DNA of 64,000 nucleotides, taken from NCBI RefSeq assembly GCF_009914755.1, contig NC_060935.1. The stretch is one strand, 5' to 3'. The stretch's first letter is position 1; every line of letters starts with the position of its first letter. The stretch comes from the human T2T-CHM13v2.0 reference genome, Homo sapiens. The translations under genes were made by a program, and so were the position numbers. Below, piece after piece: positions 26,613 through 40,983 of the stretch. Under the pieces are notes generated by a model, which saw only the letters and a program-made list of their open reading frames with translations, was not told the origin of the DNA and searched no databases.

Positions 26613-28074
26613 ACAACAAATTGAATGTAGAAGCAGATATAAGAATCCACATATCATATATTTAAGCCAGACATTAAAGAGATTTATAAAAATACAAAAT
26701 GCTAACCTTTTCACTAATTGTTTTGTTTGGAAATCATGGTTATTTTCTTAAACATGTGCTATCTATAATGACATGTATGGATTTACTTATTTTTAAATGA
26801 ATTAATAATATCTTTAAAAGTATCAGTTTTAATTTTTAATAGGTCAATATTAAAAATTATTAAATAGATTAAAACCACATAAAGAAGAGCCCCTTGGAGT
26901 CATCGATACTTTTTGAGTGTGAAGAGATCCTGAGACCAAAATGTTGAATGACTTTTGCTTTCTGGGATGGTTCTTGCATGTAGGGGTTTTTCTGATGGAT
27001 GCCCTAGGTGGTGACAAAAGATTATCAAGGTCATCACTGGTATCACCAGAACACTGAGCATCCTACATACTCCAACTGCTATCCTTTTCCTCTCTCTGTT
27101 TCATCCTTAGACTGGTAAAACTTCTCTATGCTAAGTCTGGTGTAGTCTTGCTCTTCTCATGCCCAGGACAGGGCAGTTTGTAAAACAAAGTTTTTGTCAT
27201 TCATGGGATAAAAACCCTTTGAATAGAATTCAGAGGGGTTCTACCCTCATTCAACTTCTGGATCCTAGCGTTTGTTTTGTAGTGGGTCTTCAGGATGAGT
27301 ATCAGGATGTGTCCTGGGGTGTGAGGAAAATTTTCTTGCACTAAGCTGCCTGATACCAGGAAATAATCCAGTAACACCATGCTTGAGGTCCTGTGTCTTT
27401 GTTCATGAGGCCTCCTTACCACTTAGTATCCCTTATTTCCATTAACATTGTTCTAATCAAGCTGAGTTGTGATAAGAGCTGGTTCCTGCTCAATTTCTTT
27501 ATTCTCCACTAGACTGGGAGCTCTGTGAGAAGAGAGGTCACATCAGTTTTCCTCCTTGCTGTATCCTCTGTCCCTAGAACAGAACCTGACACATTGATGA
27601 GACTCAATACCTCTTTCTTAAATAAATGAATAAGGAAGAATGCCTTTGAACTGCAATTTATAAGAATTTTTTCTTCTAACACCATATTAACCCAGTACTT
27701 CCATTAAAAAACAAATTACAAAGAATAATTCCAATAGTAAAAACTAATAATTTTGAGAAATTGCTAATGCTATGTAGTAAAGGGTTGCTTTTGACATGGA
27801 GAAATGCTAAGTAATCTTTTAGACAGAATGCTAACAGCTCTGCCTGTACAAATGGCTTCTTTAAAACCAAGAGGACTTTATTATAAAATGCTTTGGGCAA
27901 ATGAACACTTTGATGAAGGTGTGACCCTTCCACAAATGATGTGAAAGATGACATGCCAGATGAGATCTCAGACCACATGAAAAATGTGTAGGAAGAAGTA
28001 TCCACATGTGAAAACTCTGTTCTCTGTCTATATGCCTCTTTCATTAGGGTTTATTGTGGTATTGACAGTTTATT

Positions 28075-28730
28075 CACAGACATTTATTAAGCACTGCAGA
28101 GGTGTTGCTGGGGGATATAAAACATTAAGCAGGCATGACACCTGTTCTGCAGGAGCTTGCTGGAGAGTTGGGGACACAAGTCTTGGGCACAGGGCAGCTC
28201 ACACACAGACGATTGCACAGGAGTTGACACATTGACAAGAGCAACATTCTGTGGAAAAAATTGAGGGCCAAGTAATTTGGGATCTGGAAAAAAGGGAGGC
28301 AGAGCTGATATTATGGGAAATATTTGTAGAAGAGCTGGATTTAGATACATTCCTTGAAAAAGGTGGAAGGTGCAGAGAAGAAAAATGATGGAATTTGAGG
28401 AAACTCTGTTGGGGAAAGGAACAGAAGTATAGAACACTAATATGGAACTGACAAAACATCTGTTTGGCTAGAACATAGGCAGCATGGTAGGAAATATATA
28501 TGAGATTACAGAGGTGTGGGCTGTGCAGAGGTGTGGCCTGCATAGTTGGAGAGTCTTGATTACAAACTGAGAAGCTTAGATGGGTTACAACAGGTAACTG
28601 GGAGGCACTAAGTGGAAAACTGCCACGTGAAAAATAGAGGTTAAGAAGGATCTTCCTGGCACAGAAAGAAAAAAGAGCAAAACTTGGGAATACTGGAGTT
28701 TGGAGACCAATTTGGAAGTTGTGATCATTT
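28075..28730 (-). mobile_element. L2 LINE fragment
   Basis: ACATTTATTAAGCAC 3' terminus and purine-rich body. Confidence 0.55.
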
Positions 28731-28735
28731 TAGAG

Positions 28736-29248
28736 CAGTGCTGTCCAATAGAAATATAATGCAGGCCACATGTATAATTATAGATTTTCTTATAATAAAA
28801 GTTGAAATAGTCAAAGAGAAAAAATGAAGTTCATTTAAATAACATATTTGTTATCATATCCCAGTTTTATCCCAATGATTAAAAATAAAAGTTAAACATG
28901 TAATCAATATACAAATTATTAATAAAATATTTAACATGATTTCATAGGAAGTCTTTGAATTCCAGTGTGTATTTATACTTACAACACATCTCAACTTGGA
29001 TTTTAAATTTTTGATGGAAATGCTTGATATGTGTTTAGATAAAATTTATAAAATTTACAGTTGAAAAAGCAGATTCACATACTTAGGTTGTATCAAACAT
29101 ACCGGAACATTTCCCAATAATTGAATTGAGTATCAGTTATTAAATTTAAATTAATTAGAGACAAAAATTCAGTTTCTCCATTATACTAGCCATATTTTAA
29201 GAGCTCATCTAGCCTCATGTGGCCAGTGGTCACCATACTGAACACTCA
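28736..29248. mobile_element. MER33/Charlie5-type hAT element
   Basis: CAGTGCTGTCCAATAGAAATATAATG ... ATGTGGCCAGTGGTCACCATACTGAACA. Confidence 0.75.
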
Positions 29249-31089
29249 GATTTAGAAGCTTGTTTTGGGGTGTTAGCCAGGAATAAGTGCTTAAATGGAG
29301 GAAGTTTCCAATCAGAATTATGCCTATCTTGATGCACTCAAGAGCAGAGGGAGTAAATTCAGTCAGAGAGAGAATAAAGACAGTCTTTTGTGTCTTAAAA
29401 GGTTATAAGTTTCCTGAAGACACAGACACAGTTCTGCTCACAGTGTTTTAATCTTTACCGAGCACAGCACTTGAAATGCTTGTAAGATACTAACTAACCT
29501 AAGGAAACCATTTCAACTTAACTCTTGAATTCTTTTCAGCCTTCTCAGAACACACTAGTTTGTTCATATGTGTCTGAATTTACAAATCCATGTTTATCTT
29601 CTAGTCATTGTCAGCATCTGATTGCAGAGAAGGTATGAAAGTATATTTGATTTCAGAGTTTCTGCCTGACTCTGAAGGGCCCTAAATTAGAGAACGTTGT
29701 GCAGTTTCAGAAAAGCAGGCCAAACGGAGCTTGAGTTGTATGTTCTCTCCTTTTTGCCTCTTCTAGTCCTTCTTACATTACTACCCTGTTTCTTCCTCCT
29801 TTGCATTATGATTAATTTCTGCAATAAATGCATAAAATTGTCTCACAGCTTTATAGAAATTGGAGAACTTCTGATCTTATCCTATTATTTCTGCAGAGAG
29901 CCTTGACCACTGCTCTATGAGAGGACGACAGTAAGCTCCTGACCCTGCAGAAGGGCCCTCTAACTCCTTTCTCAGTGTATTTGTCAGGGTTCTCTTGAGG
30001 GACAGAGCTAATGATCTAGACTGTAAGTTCTGGAAAGTTCTAGTTGTCACCTCTCAGCACTTACCAAGGGGATTTGGACATAGTAAGTTTCTACTCTATT
30101 CTGATTGATTTAAGATACAGTGTCCCCTCGGAAATGTTAGCAGTTATTTCCATAACCAGTTTTCTCCTGTAGTCCTAGAATCTCTTCTGCCACTTTGCTG
30201 ATGGGTCTTTATCCCTTATGTCTTGATTTTTTTTAATGAGTCTCTAACAAGAGGTGTGTAGTTTATATGTTCATAAATCATAATATTTTGGCTCAAATAA
30301 TTCATTAATTTGTTCATATATTGTCCCTCCCTCCCTTTGACAGTTTTTTAGTATTGGCTTTTTGCTGTGTGCAGAGCTGGGTAGCAGAGAGGCAAAAAGC
30401 AGCCCCAGACCTTGGGGAGGTCAGAAATGAGTGTGGATAACAGGCAGAATAAATAACAGCTGTAACACAATGTGGTAGGTGCTATAATAAGGCTCATGTA
30501 CCAGGTAATGGAATCATAAATCCAAAATCATAGAGCCATCTGTCATTTATTTAACAAGTATTAATATTTAGTAGGTACCTGTTGAATGCCAGGCACTATG
30601 CTGGGTGTTGGGAATACGATGGTGAGGCAAGACAGATCTTAAAGAGCTTTCAAGCCTAGCTTATATGTCTTGTAAATTATTTAGGAGGAATTTTTGAGGC
30701 TGTCTGTTGCAATTTTCTTATCTGATGAAAAAATTCTTGCTACAATTGCCTTGGCAAGTGCCATTTACGTTAATGTGGTCTGTGACCAGTGATATGAAAC
30801 TCATGGATTAATTTATGTCTAGTGTTGAACATTTGTAAATGTTGGTTATTCTGCTGTATTTTGAGTGAAACTGAAGTAAAAATTATGTATTTCAGGGCTG
30901 AAAAGTGCCTGCTAGAAAACTTCAACTCGTTTTTTTTCATGTGACCAAAAGATGCATTAACATTCACTAAAATATAAGCTTCAGGAGGATGAGATTTTGT
31001 CTTTTGTTCATGACTTTACTCACAATACCTACCCTGGACTAGAGTTAGGCACATATTTTAGGATTAGTTTCTGAAATGAACATAGAAAG

Positions 31090-31222
31090 TTTTTTTTTTT
31101 TTTAATAGAGACAGGGTCTCATTGTGTTGCCTAGGCTGCCTCTGACTCCTAGGCTAAAGAAATCCTCCCACCCCAGCCTCCCAAAATGCTGGGATTACAG
31201 GTGTAAGCTACTGCACCTGGTT
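31090..31222 (-). mobile_element. FLAM/Alu left monomer
   Basis: Antisense Alu monomer with a T tail. Confidence 0.85.
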
Positions 31223-32984
31223 GAAGGCTTTTAAAAAAAAATCTAGGCAAATCAGCAGAGAGCCAGACATAGTAGTTTATTATTTCTATTAATAAATAAT
31301 GAAGCACATGCATGTGTGTGAATGAGTGAATAATGATAATAATAATCATATATTGTGTATAGAGTATGCATTAGGTTCTTTACATAATTTATCTCAATTT
31401 CTTCTCACAGTAATATGGGAGTATTTGTTAAGCCCCATTCTACTGGTGGGTCGACTGCTATTTAAATAACTTGCTGAGGCTAACATATTTGTCAAGTATT
31501 AAAGCTTAGGCTAAAGCATTCTTTGCACCTTCTTGTGGCTAGTTGTTATTTTTGCCTGTATGCTGGAGATTTTAGGGTGTATGGGCATTCCACAGGTTTG
31601 CTTCCATTGGCACAGGAGGGTAACTGGACAAGCACAGACAAAGGTACACTGAGGAAATAGCCAAGCAAAAGTTGAACAATCTTTGTGGCACTATTGAGCC
31701 AGGGGTCAATCCAGGGGGCCAATTGTAAGCATGCCGCATATATTATTATAATAAGAATAGTAACACTGCTGTGGTAACAGGCTGGAGAGACAAATTCTTT
31801 GTTCACTTTACCATACTTTACCTTCCCCTTGCCCTTTTACATATTGTAGAGAACTACATTTCCCCAAATATCTTGTCGACTGGCTTCTGGGTGTCAAGCC
31901 CAGTAGGATGCATTGGCCAAGATATTTCTGCCTCTCCTGATTAGCTTTGGGTGGCACTTCTGGCAGTGGATGTCTCCTCTGGGCCCCAACTTCTGCAAGA
32001 TTACCTCTCACTTTGTGATCCCAACTCTGACTGGCAGCTCCCACTATGGTTGTAGCTCCAGCCAGACCATGCTTGTGTTTTAGTTCTGACAACACCACCT
32101 TCTCCTGTTGTCTATCAGGGTGTAGGGAGGGAACAGTATTCTGTTGCTAATCACCGGGCTGCCTCAACCATCTCATGGTTGGTTTCCAAGCTCTTTCATC
32201 TTTCGTATAACCAATTCCTTGTATTAAATCCCTCTGTTGAAAGACTTCACTTAGAGTTGCTTCTCTTTCCTGGTTAGATTGACCTGACTAATATAAATTA
32301 AGTACCCAAGTTTCAAGGGCTTAGTACAATACAGGTTTGTTTTTTGTGTTCATTGGGCAGCCTTCTACATGGTTCAGGGCCCATGATCCTTGTCATTGTG
32401 ACTCTGCTTTCCTTTAGGGCCTTGGAACTCTCTCTTTTGCTCTGATAACAGAGGAGAGAGTGTAACAATCTCACTAGGGAGGGTTTTATAGGCCAGTCCT
32501 GGAAATGGTGATAATGATTCTGTTCAGATTCTGTTGGCCAGAACTTTGAGGGAGGCTGATACATGTAATCTTGCTGTGGGTCCAGGAGGAGAAGGAGACA
32601 GGTTAGGTGTCAGGGACAGTGAGTTTGTATTTACTGCATTGGGATGCTGAGAAGACTGTCTGAGTATCTGGTCGAGTTGGCCTGTGGATGTGTAGATTGC
32701 TCTCTACTCCTTATCCCTCGTTTTTGCCTTTCTCATCTTGCTTTGTTCATACGTAGCACAGTTGAAATACACTTATTGAAATCTAGTACAGAGTGATGCC
32801 TACTCTCTGGGGGTGGGGATAAGTGTATATGGGTATATCCTAAACCAATAAGTCAGACCAAAACATGTCTCCCAAGGTCTAAGAAATTGGTACTTGATTA
32901 ATAATGTCTAGAATTAATTTCATATACTCCACCAAGGAGTGTAAGAAATACTCCTCCATACATTGGTATGGTGTATGCTTTGCT

Positions 32985-33135
32985 ACTCAGAGTGAATTCC
33001 ATTAATCAGCAACATCTGGGAGCTTGCTAGAAAGGCAGAATTTCAGGCTCCAGTCCAGCTTCCCTGAATCAGAACCTGCAATTTAACAAGATCCCTGTGT
33101 GATTTGCATGCATGTTAAAGTTCGAAAAGCATTAG
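32985..33135. mobile_element. MER5A hAT MITE
   Basis: CTGAATCAGAACCTGCAATTTAACAAGATCCC...TTAAAGTTCGAAAAGCA. Confidence 0.7.
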
Positions 33136-33254
33136 TGTAATTCACAAAGTTAAGGCTTTACTCAGCTAGTGTCACAAGCTTTACATGAGACACACTGTGC
33201 TATTTCCTGGTTTAGGAAAATTTTGTTTGAGTTCCCATGGTATAAGCTCATCCT

Positions 33255-33556
33255 GCTCTCTCTCTCTCTTTCTTTCTCTCTCTGTCTCTCTCTCTCTGAG
33301 ACAGGATCTTGCTCTGTCATTCAGGCTGGAGTACAGTGGCACGATCATGGCTCACTGCAGCCTTGACCTCCCAGGCTCAAGTGATCCTCCCACCTCAGCC
33401 TCCCAAGCAGCAGTTGGGATGACTAATTTTTAATTTTTTTGTAGAGAATAGTCTCACCATTTTCTCAGGATGGTCTCAAACTGCTGGTCTCAAGCGATTT
33501 TCATGCCTCAGCCTCCCCAAAGTGCTGGGGTTACAGGCATAAGCCACTATGCCTGC
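33255..33556 (-). mobile_element. AluJ with a (CT)n-expanded tail
   Basis: GATCATGGCTCACTGCAGCCTTGACCTCC. Confidence 0.9.
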
Positions 33557-34167
33557 CTGCTTTATCTCTTTAACAAGCTAAGAAATTGGACAACTGGAAC
33601 ATGCTTTTGGTATTTGTAATAACAGAAAGATGCAAGAAAGAAAAAGAAAAGAAGAGACAGAGACAAAAGAAAAAGAAATAAAGAAGAGAAGGAAGCAGGC
33701 AGGCTGGCCAAGTTCATCTAGCCAGAGTGAGACCTGGGCCAGAAATTCCCAAACTGTTCAGAGATGGAACTCACTGGGCAGTTGCCCTGCTCTGAGGCCA
33801 ACCCTTTGCATAAAGCTAGTGAAGCTCTGGGCTCTATGCTTAAGTAACTTCAAACTGCGTATCTCTTGCTGCCAGATTTGGGCTGTGGGCAATGTGCCAA
33901 TTCTTGCCCATCTCTGAAACTGTCAAAAATTCTGATTTTAATTTCTTCCTGCCTTCTATCCCTGCATGCAAAGTTCTATTTATCTTTAAACTCAACCTAA
34001 AAGCCAACTCTCTTGTGAGGCCCTGAATCCAAAGCTCACCCCAGGCCTTCAGCACCCTTCTAAGCTGACTTTCTAGGGCATGAACTTCTGATCAGTCTTG
34101 CACTGCTAGTCTCCTCTGCTCCTTCTTATAATCCAGGCTGGCCTCTCATTCTCTCCCTTCTTTGCAG

Positions 34168-34299
34168 GGAGAAAGGTACCAGCCAGAATTCACCAGATGA
34201 ATACATCACTCTTAGGTGCTATGTAGACAGCATAAAAGAGGGTTTGAATAAGAACACAGGTGTTTTATTAGAGGCTTTTTGAACGCTTAATGAAGTCCA
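34168..34299 (+). pseudogene. 132-nt symmetric phase-2 exon remnant ending in an EF-hand entry helix
   Basis: Strong acceptor CTCTCCCTTCTTTGCAG and donor CA|GTAAGT. Reads EKGTSQNSPDEYITLRCYVDSIKEGLNKNTGVLLEAF*TLNEV; the single TGA is compatible with CGA deamination. Confidence 0.5.
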
Positions 34300-34585
34300 G
34301 TAAGTACTTCAAGGAAGGCTTCTGTACGAGTAGAGAGAAGCAGTGGGCAACGAAGCAAATAATTCCATTCTTGTGCTGCTAGGCAGCCATATTCTCTGCC
34401 TGTGTGCAGTACTTTGTTATATGCAAGATTAATTTGGCAAAGATAGGATTCTTTCCTAGCCTGGGTCTCCTGCAGGTGGCATGGGGCAATAATACATTTA
34501 TCCTATGGCTGTGTACATGAAAGATAAGGAAGAGCTCTAAAAATTGTAGCTGTCAATTCAGGGGATGGGGTTGGGGGTAAGGCAG

Positions 34586-34586
<1 letters not shown>

Positions 34587-34628
<42 letters not shown>
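34587..34628. repeat. (TG)n microsatellite, about 21 units
   Basis: Uninterrupted TG run. Confidence 0.97.
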
Positions 34629-34632
<4 letters not shown>

Positions 34633-34939
34633 CACGTGTGCATTATATTTCAAGAAAGATTCCTTTGTGTTTCTAATTCATTTGCCTGCTGATAACTGCC
34701 TTAAAATATAATAAAATCAGTTTCTTTCATTCATTCATTAAAACATTCATTTACACAGCAAATGTATTATGATGTCCTGTACACATAGAGATTAATAAAA
34801 CAGTTCCTAACCTGCTTATGGACCTCACAGTCCTGCTTGCTTCAGCCTTACTCATTTATGAATTTGTCCAATTCTTGCCTGTCCTGCCTCCATGCCACTC
34901 CTACCCTGTGAGGGCTCTGCAGCCCCCTTTTTCCCTTAC

Positions 34940-35235
34940 ATTAATAGACTTTATTTTTTGGAGAAGTTTTAGGTTCACAGAAAAATTGAGCAGAAAGAAT
35001 AGAGAGTTCCCATATTCTCCTTCACTCTCTACTCAGCTTCTCCTATTATTAACATCTTGCATTAGTGGTGGCACATTTGTTGCAAATGATGAGTCAATAT
35101 TGCTGCATTATTATTACCTAAAGTCCATAGTTTACATTTGCATTCTTTGTGTTGTACATTCTGAGGATTTTGACAAATATATAATGTATCCACCATTATA
35201 GTAGCATATAGAACTTCTCGCTGCCCTAAAAATCG
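34940..35235 (-). mobile_element. L1MC-type 3' end
   Basis: GTTTTAGGTTCACAGAAAAATTGAGCAGAAAG...GAGTTCCCATAT. Confidence 0.75.
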
Positions 35236-36564
35236 GTCTGCAGCCCCTTTGTTGTCTTGCTCTGTCTCCTTGCCTCCCCTGCCCATGCAATAATAAAGGA
35301 AGGTTACACTCACTTGGATTGAAATCAAAGTCTAGCATATATTTAGGTTACCTTGCCCCACCACAGGACCTTGGCTGACTTATTACCCAGACACCACTAA
35401 ATCTTCACCAAACTTGACAGGAAATCTACCCTGCCTCTCCAGTAGAAAGACCCAGAAGGAGATGAGAAGCTATGTCTCTAGGTTCAGAAAGTTACAAAGA
35501 ATTCAACTCACTAACAGGGCAATTTAATTTCCTGCTGAGCTGCCCCAGGGAATTCAGGATTTTAGAAATGGCCTTTGTTTAATCTTCATGACTCATTCCT
35601 CCTGAACAAACCTAAGTTCTTTAATGGAGCGTTTTGTGTACACAATTTTAGTGGTGCTACAATATGTCTAATGAAGTGATAATTTGTGGATGTACAAAGT
35701 ATATGAGGCAACAGCAGGGGCCAGTTTGGCAAGCACCAAAGCCAAGCCAGACATTGACCTGATTTAGAAGCTGCACGTTTCCCAGGCCTGGCTCGGCTAA
35801 CTGCAGCATGCTGGGCACTGGGAAACCTATGGTTGGTTGGGAAGAGCCCTAATGATACATTTTATTTCCTTTTTAAAAAATCTTTAAAATCATTGTTCCA
35901 GGAAGGTCGTAGTAATCATTCCAGCTTGCCAAATTGTATCTGAATTTGCTGACAACAGGTACTTCTGTGGTTAGGAGTGGTGAAGCCCTTCTGTAGAAGG
36001 GCATTGGTCTTTGGAAGAAAATGATAAAGCAGGATTCCCCATGGTCTGCAGGGCCGCCCCTGGTGACTGTCAAGGAGGCCAAGACTGTTCTTGGTTCTCA
36101 TCCAAGAGCTCCTCTGATGATGTTCCGCCCCCATTCCAGATTCCAGTGAGCCACCATCTGATCCCTTCTCCGTGCCTCCCCTATATGCCCCTGGCAGTAG
36201 GTACTCCCCCCATCATGGAGCTTATTGTACTGATTGCAACTGTCTCCTCACTTGCTCATCATCCTCACTGCACTGTAAGTTCCTTACTTACTCACTGAGT
36301 TCTTGTCAGTCCCTACATCAAGACCAGGCAAAGTATACAGATTAGTTGAATAAATGAATGGACTGAATGGTTGTGGTTGCTCTCTATCTCCATCAATGGC
36401 ACCCCTTGTGAAACAGAAGTCTCAATGCTATTCTTACTTCTTCCCTCTTCTGCATGTGCTCATTCTAGTCACCAAGTCCTATCTATTCTAATCCTAATAC
36501 GTGTGTGGAATCCTCATTTTTTTTTTTTGTCCCTTCCTATGTTGAGACTCTGGTCATCTCTTGT

Positions 36565-36715
36565 CAGGGTTGTCAAATAAAATACAAGATGCCTAGTTAC
36601 ATGTTAATTTCAGAAAAATAATTTTTTAGTATATGTCCCAAATATTGTATGGGACATTCTTATGCTAAAAATTATTTGTTGCTTATTTGAATTTCAAATG
36701 TAATTGAATAGTTTT
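36565..36715. mobile_element. MER53 palindromic MITE
   Basis: Central ATGTCCCAAATATTGTATGGGACAT palindrome. Confidence 0.7.
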
Positions 36716-36719
36716 GTAT

Positions 36720-37550
36720 TAAATTTTTTCATTGTGATAAAATATTCATAAAATAAAAATTGACCATTTTAACCATCTTTAAGTGTACAATTCAGAATTC
36801 AGTGGCATTAAATATATTCACAATGTTGTACAACAATCACCACTATCCTTTTCCAGAACATTTTTTTATCATCCCAAATAGAAACCCTGTGTTCTTTAAA
36901 AATAATTCCTCACTCTCCCCTATCTGTATCCTCTAGTAACAGCTATTATATTTTCTGTCTCTATGTATATGTCTATTCTGATACCAATAAGGTATTCTTA
37001 ACAGGAATCTTTGATGTCACTTAATTTGGCAAAAAGAAATCTCTTCTCAAGGGAACTTTAATAACATTTTAATATTATTTTCCATGGATTTTATTTTCAC
37101 AAACACCAAATTATAGAAATTTGCCAGCAAATAACTTTCATCACAGGAAATAACTTTCATTATATGAGAATATTGGCCTGGGAATATAAAAATCTATGCA
37201 TGGCCACTATAAGAAAACTGTAAAATGAATTATATGTAAAATGACATTATATGAAATAAAATAAGCCACTCACAGAAGGACAAATACTACATAAGCCCAC
37301 TTACATGAGGTATCAAAATAGTCAGACTCATAGACACAGAGCAGAATGATGGTTGCCAGGGGCTGGGGGCAAGGGAAAACGGGAAGTTGCTGTACAGCAG
37401 GCATAAGGTTTCAAACAGATAAGATTATTGAATAAGTTCTGGAGATCTGCTCTACAACATTATGCCTATGGTTAATAGTACTGCATTTTGTGCTTACAAA
37501 CTTAAGAGAGTAGATCTCATGTTGTGTTATTATCACAATTTTTAAAAATG
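36720..37550. mobile_element. Two L1M(A/B) 3' fragments: 36720-36985 (-) and 37235-37550 (+)
   Basis: TTTAAGTGTACAATTCAG and GGTTGCCAGGGGCTGGGGG...AAGTTCTGGAGATCTGC. Confidence 0.7.
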
Positions 37551-38319
37551 ACCAAGAGGATTTTAAAAAGAATATATTCCTCCTCTAAGTAGACTATGGC
37601 TAGATGAGAAGCATGTAGGTAGAACCGTAGACAGTAACATAAAAATTGTATAAAGTGGGAAAAAAGACAAAAGAGAACTCCTCCCATCACTCCCACCCCA
37701 TTTTGTGGATGGGAGAATAAGGAAAAGGGACTGCTGTTGTGCTGGGTTTGTCAAATGTTTAAGCAGAGGCCAAACGGCCATCTATCAGAGATACTGGAGT
37801 AGGTTTACTGCACAGGGTGAAATGACGAAAAGGTCCTATCAGCCTGGTTGGATCCTGGCAGAGGGTTTGCATGCAGAGACTTTAATGAAAGGACTACTTA
37901 CAGCGGCATGGCAAAACAAGGAACAAACTAGAGAAGTTGAGGCACCAAAGACTAGCAACATGAGAAGCAATGACCTCTGTCAGAGCCAAAGAGATGGTAG
38001 AAAAAAATAATTACTGGAGCCCAGGAAGAGCTGGGACTGAGTATGAAGAGTGGAGAATGAATTTGGTGTGGGCAAGCAGAGAATAACAGCCTCAGCTTCT
38101 AGGAGTCTAACTCTTACGTTTTAAGGACTCCACATTCCAAGGCAAATAATTTATCCTTAGCTTTCAAGCTTAAAATGGGGCCAGGAATATTTTGTGAACC
38201 ATATTAGAGTGTGACAAAAGTTATAACCATAGATTTAGCGTTATTTTGTGGGTTAACTTCATTCCTGTCTGTAAGCATATGATAAAGTCACAATTTCAAG
38301 TCTCAGAAGGAGTGGAGGC

Positions 38320-38668
38320 TCTAGAACCACAAATGTCAGCCACATATATAAAAGTTTAGTAGTCACATTAAAAAAGTAAAAAGAAACAAAGTTAATTTTA
38401 ATTTTACTAATATGTGTTCTTTAACATAATATAGCTAAAATATTATCATTTCAATATGTAACCAATGTAAAATTATCAAGATTTTTTTAAAAATCATTTT
38501 TATTATTTAAAAAATTTTTCAGCACATCACGGTTGCAAAGTAGATATTTTATATTCTTTTTTCATACTGAGCCTTTACATTTTATACTTACAGCACATCT
38601 CAGTTCAGACTAGGTACATTTCCAGTGCTCTAAACCACATGTGGCCAGTGGCTACCATACTGGACAGA
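38320..38668. mobile_element. MER33 hAT element
   Basis: TACTTACAGCACATCTCAGTTCAGACTAG...CCACATGTGGCCAGTGGCTACCATACTGGACAG. Confidence 0.75.
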
Positions 38669-38779
38669 GAAGCTCTAGATCCTGCCTTCTCTAGATTCCA
38701 CGGAGAAGCTATGAGCAGGATTCTAAGAAGTTAGAGCTCAGACCTCAGACATTTCCTAGTGATTCTATTGGTTTGTTTT

Positions 38780-39230
38780 AATAAACTTTTTACTGATGTA
38801 TAACATGCATGCAGAGAACAGCACAAACCATGAGTGTGCAACTTGAATTTTCACAAACACACCTGTGTAATCAGCTCTAAGATGAAGAAACAGAAAATTA
38901 CCCACAGCCCAGAAGAGTCCCTCATGTTCATTACTGGTCACTTCTCAGGTCACTTCTCACCCACTTCCACCAGGATAAGCACCACTCTGACTTCCGACAC
39001 TATATATTTGTTTAGCCTGTTTTTTTATTCATGTGTAATGGAAACTGAACATTGTTTCTGGCTTTTTTGTACTCAACAATACGCTTGTTGTTGTGTATGT
39101 TCTATTGCTGTGTCACATTTCACTGTACAACTCTACCTCCATGTTTTTACCCATTGTATAAAGAGCATTTGGGTTGTTTTTGGTACTGCCATGAGCATTC
39201 TTACATATGACTTTTGGGGAACATAGGTAG
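38780..39230 (-). mobile_element. L1M(D/E) 3' fragment
   Basis: TGAATTTTCACAAA...CACCTGTGTAA. Confidence 0.6.
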
Positions 39231-39387
39231 ATCCTGACTGCTTTCCTGTTACAAGAAATGGAGGCTTGCCATTGTCTGCTCTTCTGTCTTTTCTCTTAGG
39301 GTTTAAAACTGCAGTTAGTACTTATTAAGGTAATGGCAGCAATACTTGTTTTTGTAGAAAGTGACTGTGTCTCTCATGTTGTATATA

Positions 39388-40165
39388 TTTTCTTTCTTTT
39401 TTTAGGTGGTAATTTTTTTTGGAATTTATTAATTTGTGTTTAAAAAGAACTGCTGAGGGAGTCAGAATAAGTTTTAGTGTATTTTATAGGCGACTTTCAG
39501 AAAAATAAATAAATAAAATGAACTGCAGGAAAAGGTTCACGGTAATAATCTGAACAGGTAGGAAAATACAGTTGACACTACTGAAACACTACCAAAATGA
39601 TTCCAGGACATACATTTACTCCACAAAGCAAAACCTCTTAGATGCTGTCATTGATGTGAACACTTAACTGCTTCTTACTTTTCTAAACACATGGTGGTAT
39701 AATTAATGATATTTAATCACTTCTGTTCTTTCATATATATAAATATATAAGATACCATTAAAAACTAATATATCTTCTCCTTAAATGTTTCTTACAGATA
39801 CAACTTTAATATTTTCATTCAATAATAGTATAGTTTAAGAGATTTTTTTCATTCACAAGTTAAATGACAATCCACCCAAAGGAAATGATAAGTGATAGAC
39901 TCGTGGTGCAAGTAAAGTGTCTGGGAATGCAGCAATGGACATTTCTAAAATACAAAAAAATATAAAATTCTTAGGAGGTACAACAAAAGCTTTACTAAGC
40001 AGATAGACACAGAACTAGAATGTTTGATAATTTTACTGGTGATATCAATGGGACTCTAGATGTTTTCAAACTGAATTTGAACTCTCATTTTAGGCTTCGT
40101 ATTCTGCTTTTTCCATTTCATTAATGACACAAACATGATCCAAATCCCTGAAATACTCATTATAG
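39388..40165 (-). pseudogene. HPRT1P: HPRT1 processed pseudogene, 3' part (end of CDS, 3' UTR, poly-A remnant)
   Basis: Minus strand reads NEYFRDLDHVCVINEMEKAEYEA* (HPRT1: [23 protein letters not shown]), stop at 40092-40090. HPRT1-like 3' UTR follows, with AATAAA at 39430-39425 and an A-rich tail. Confidence 0.95.
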
Positions 40166-40983
<818 letters not shown>

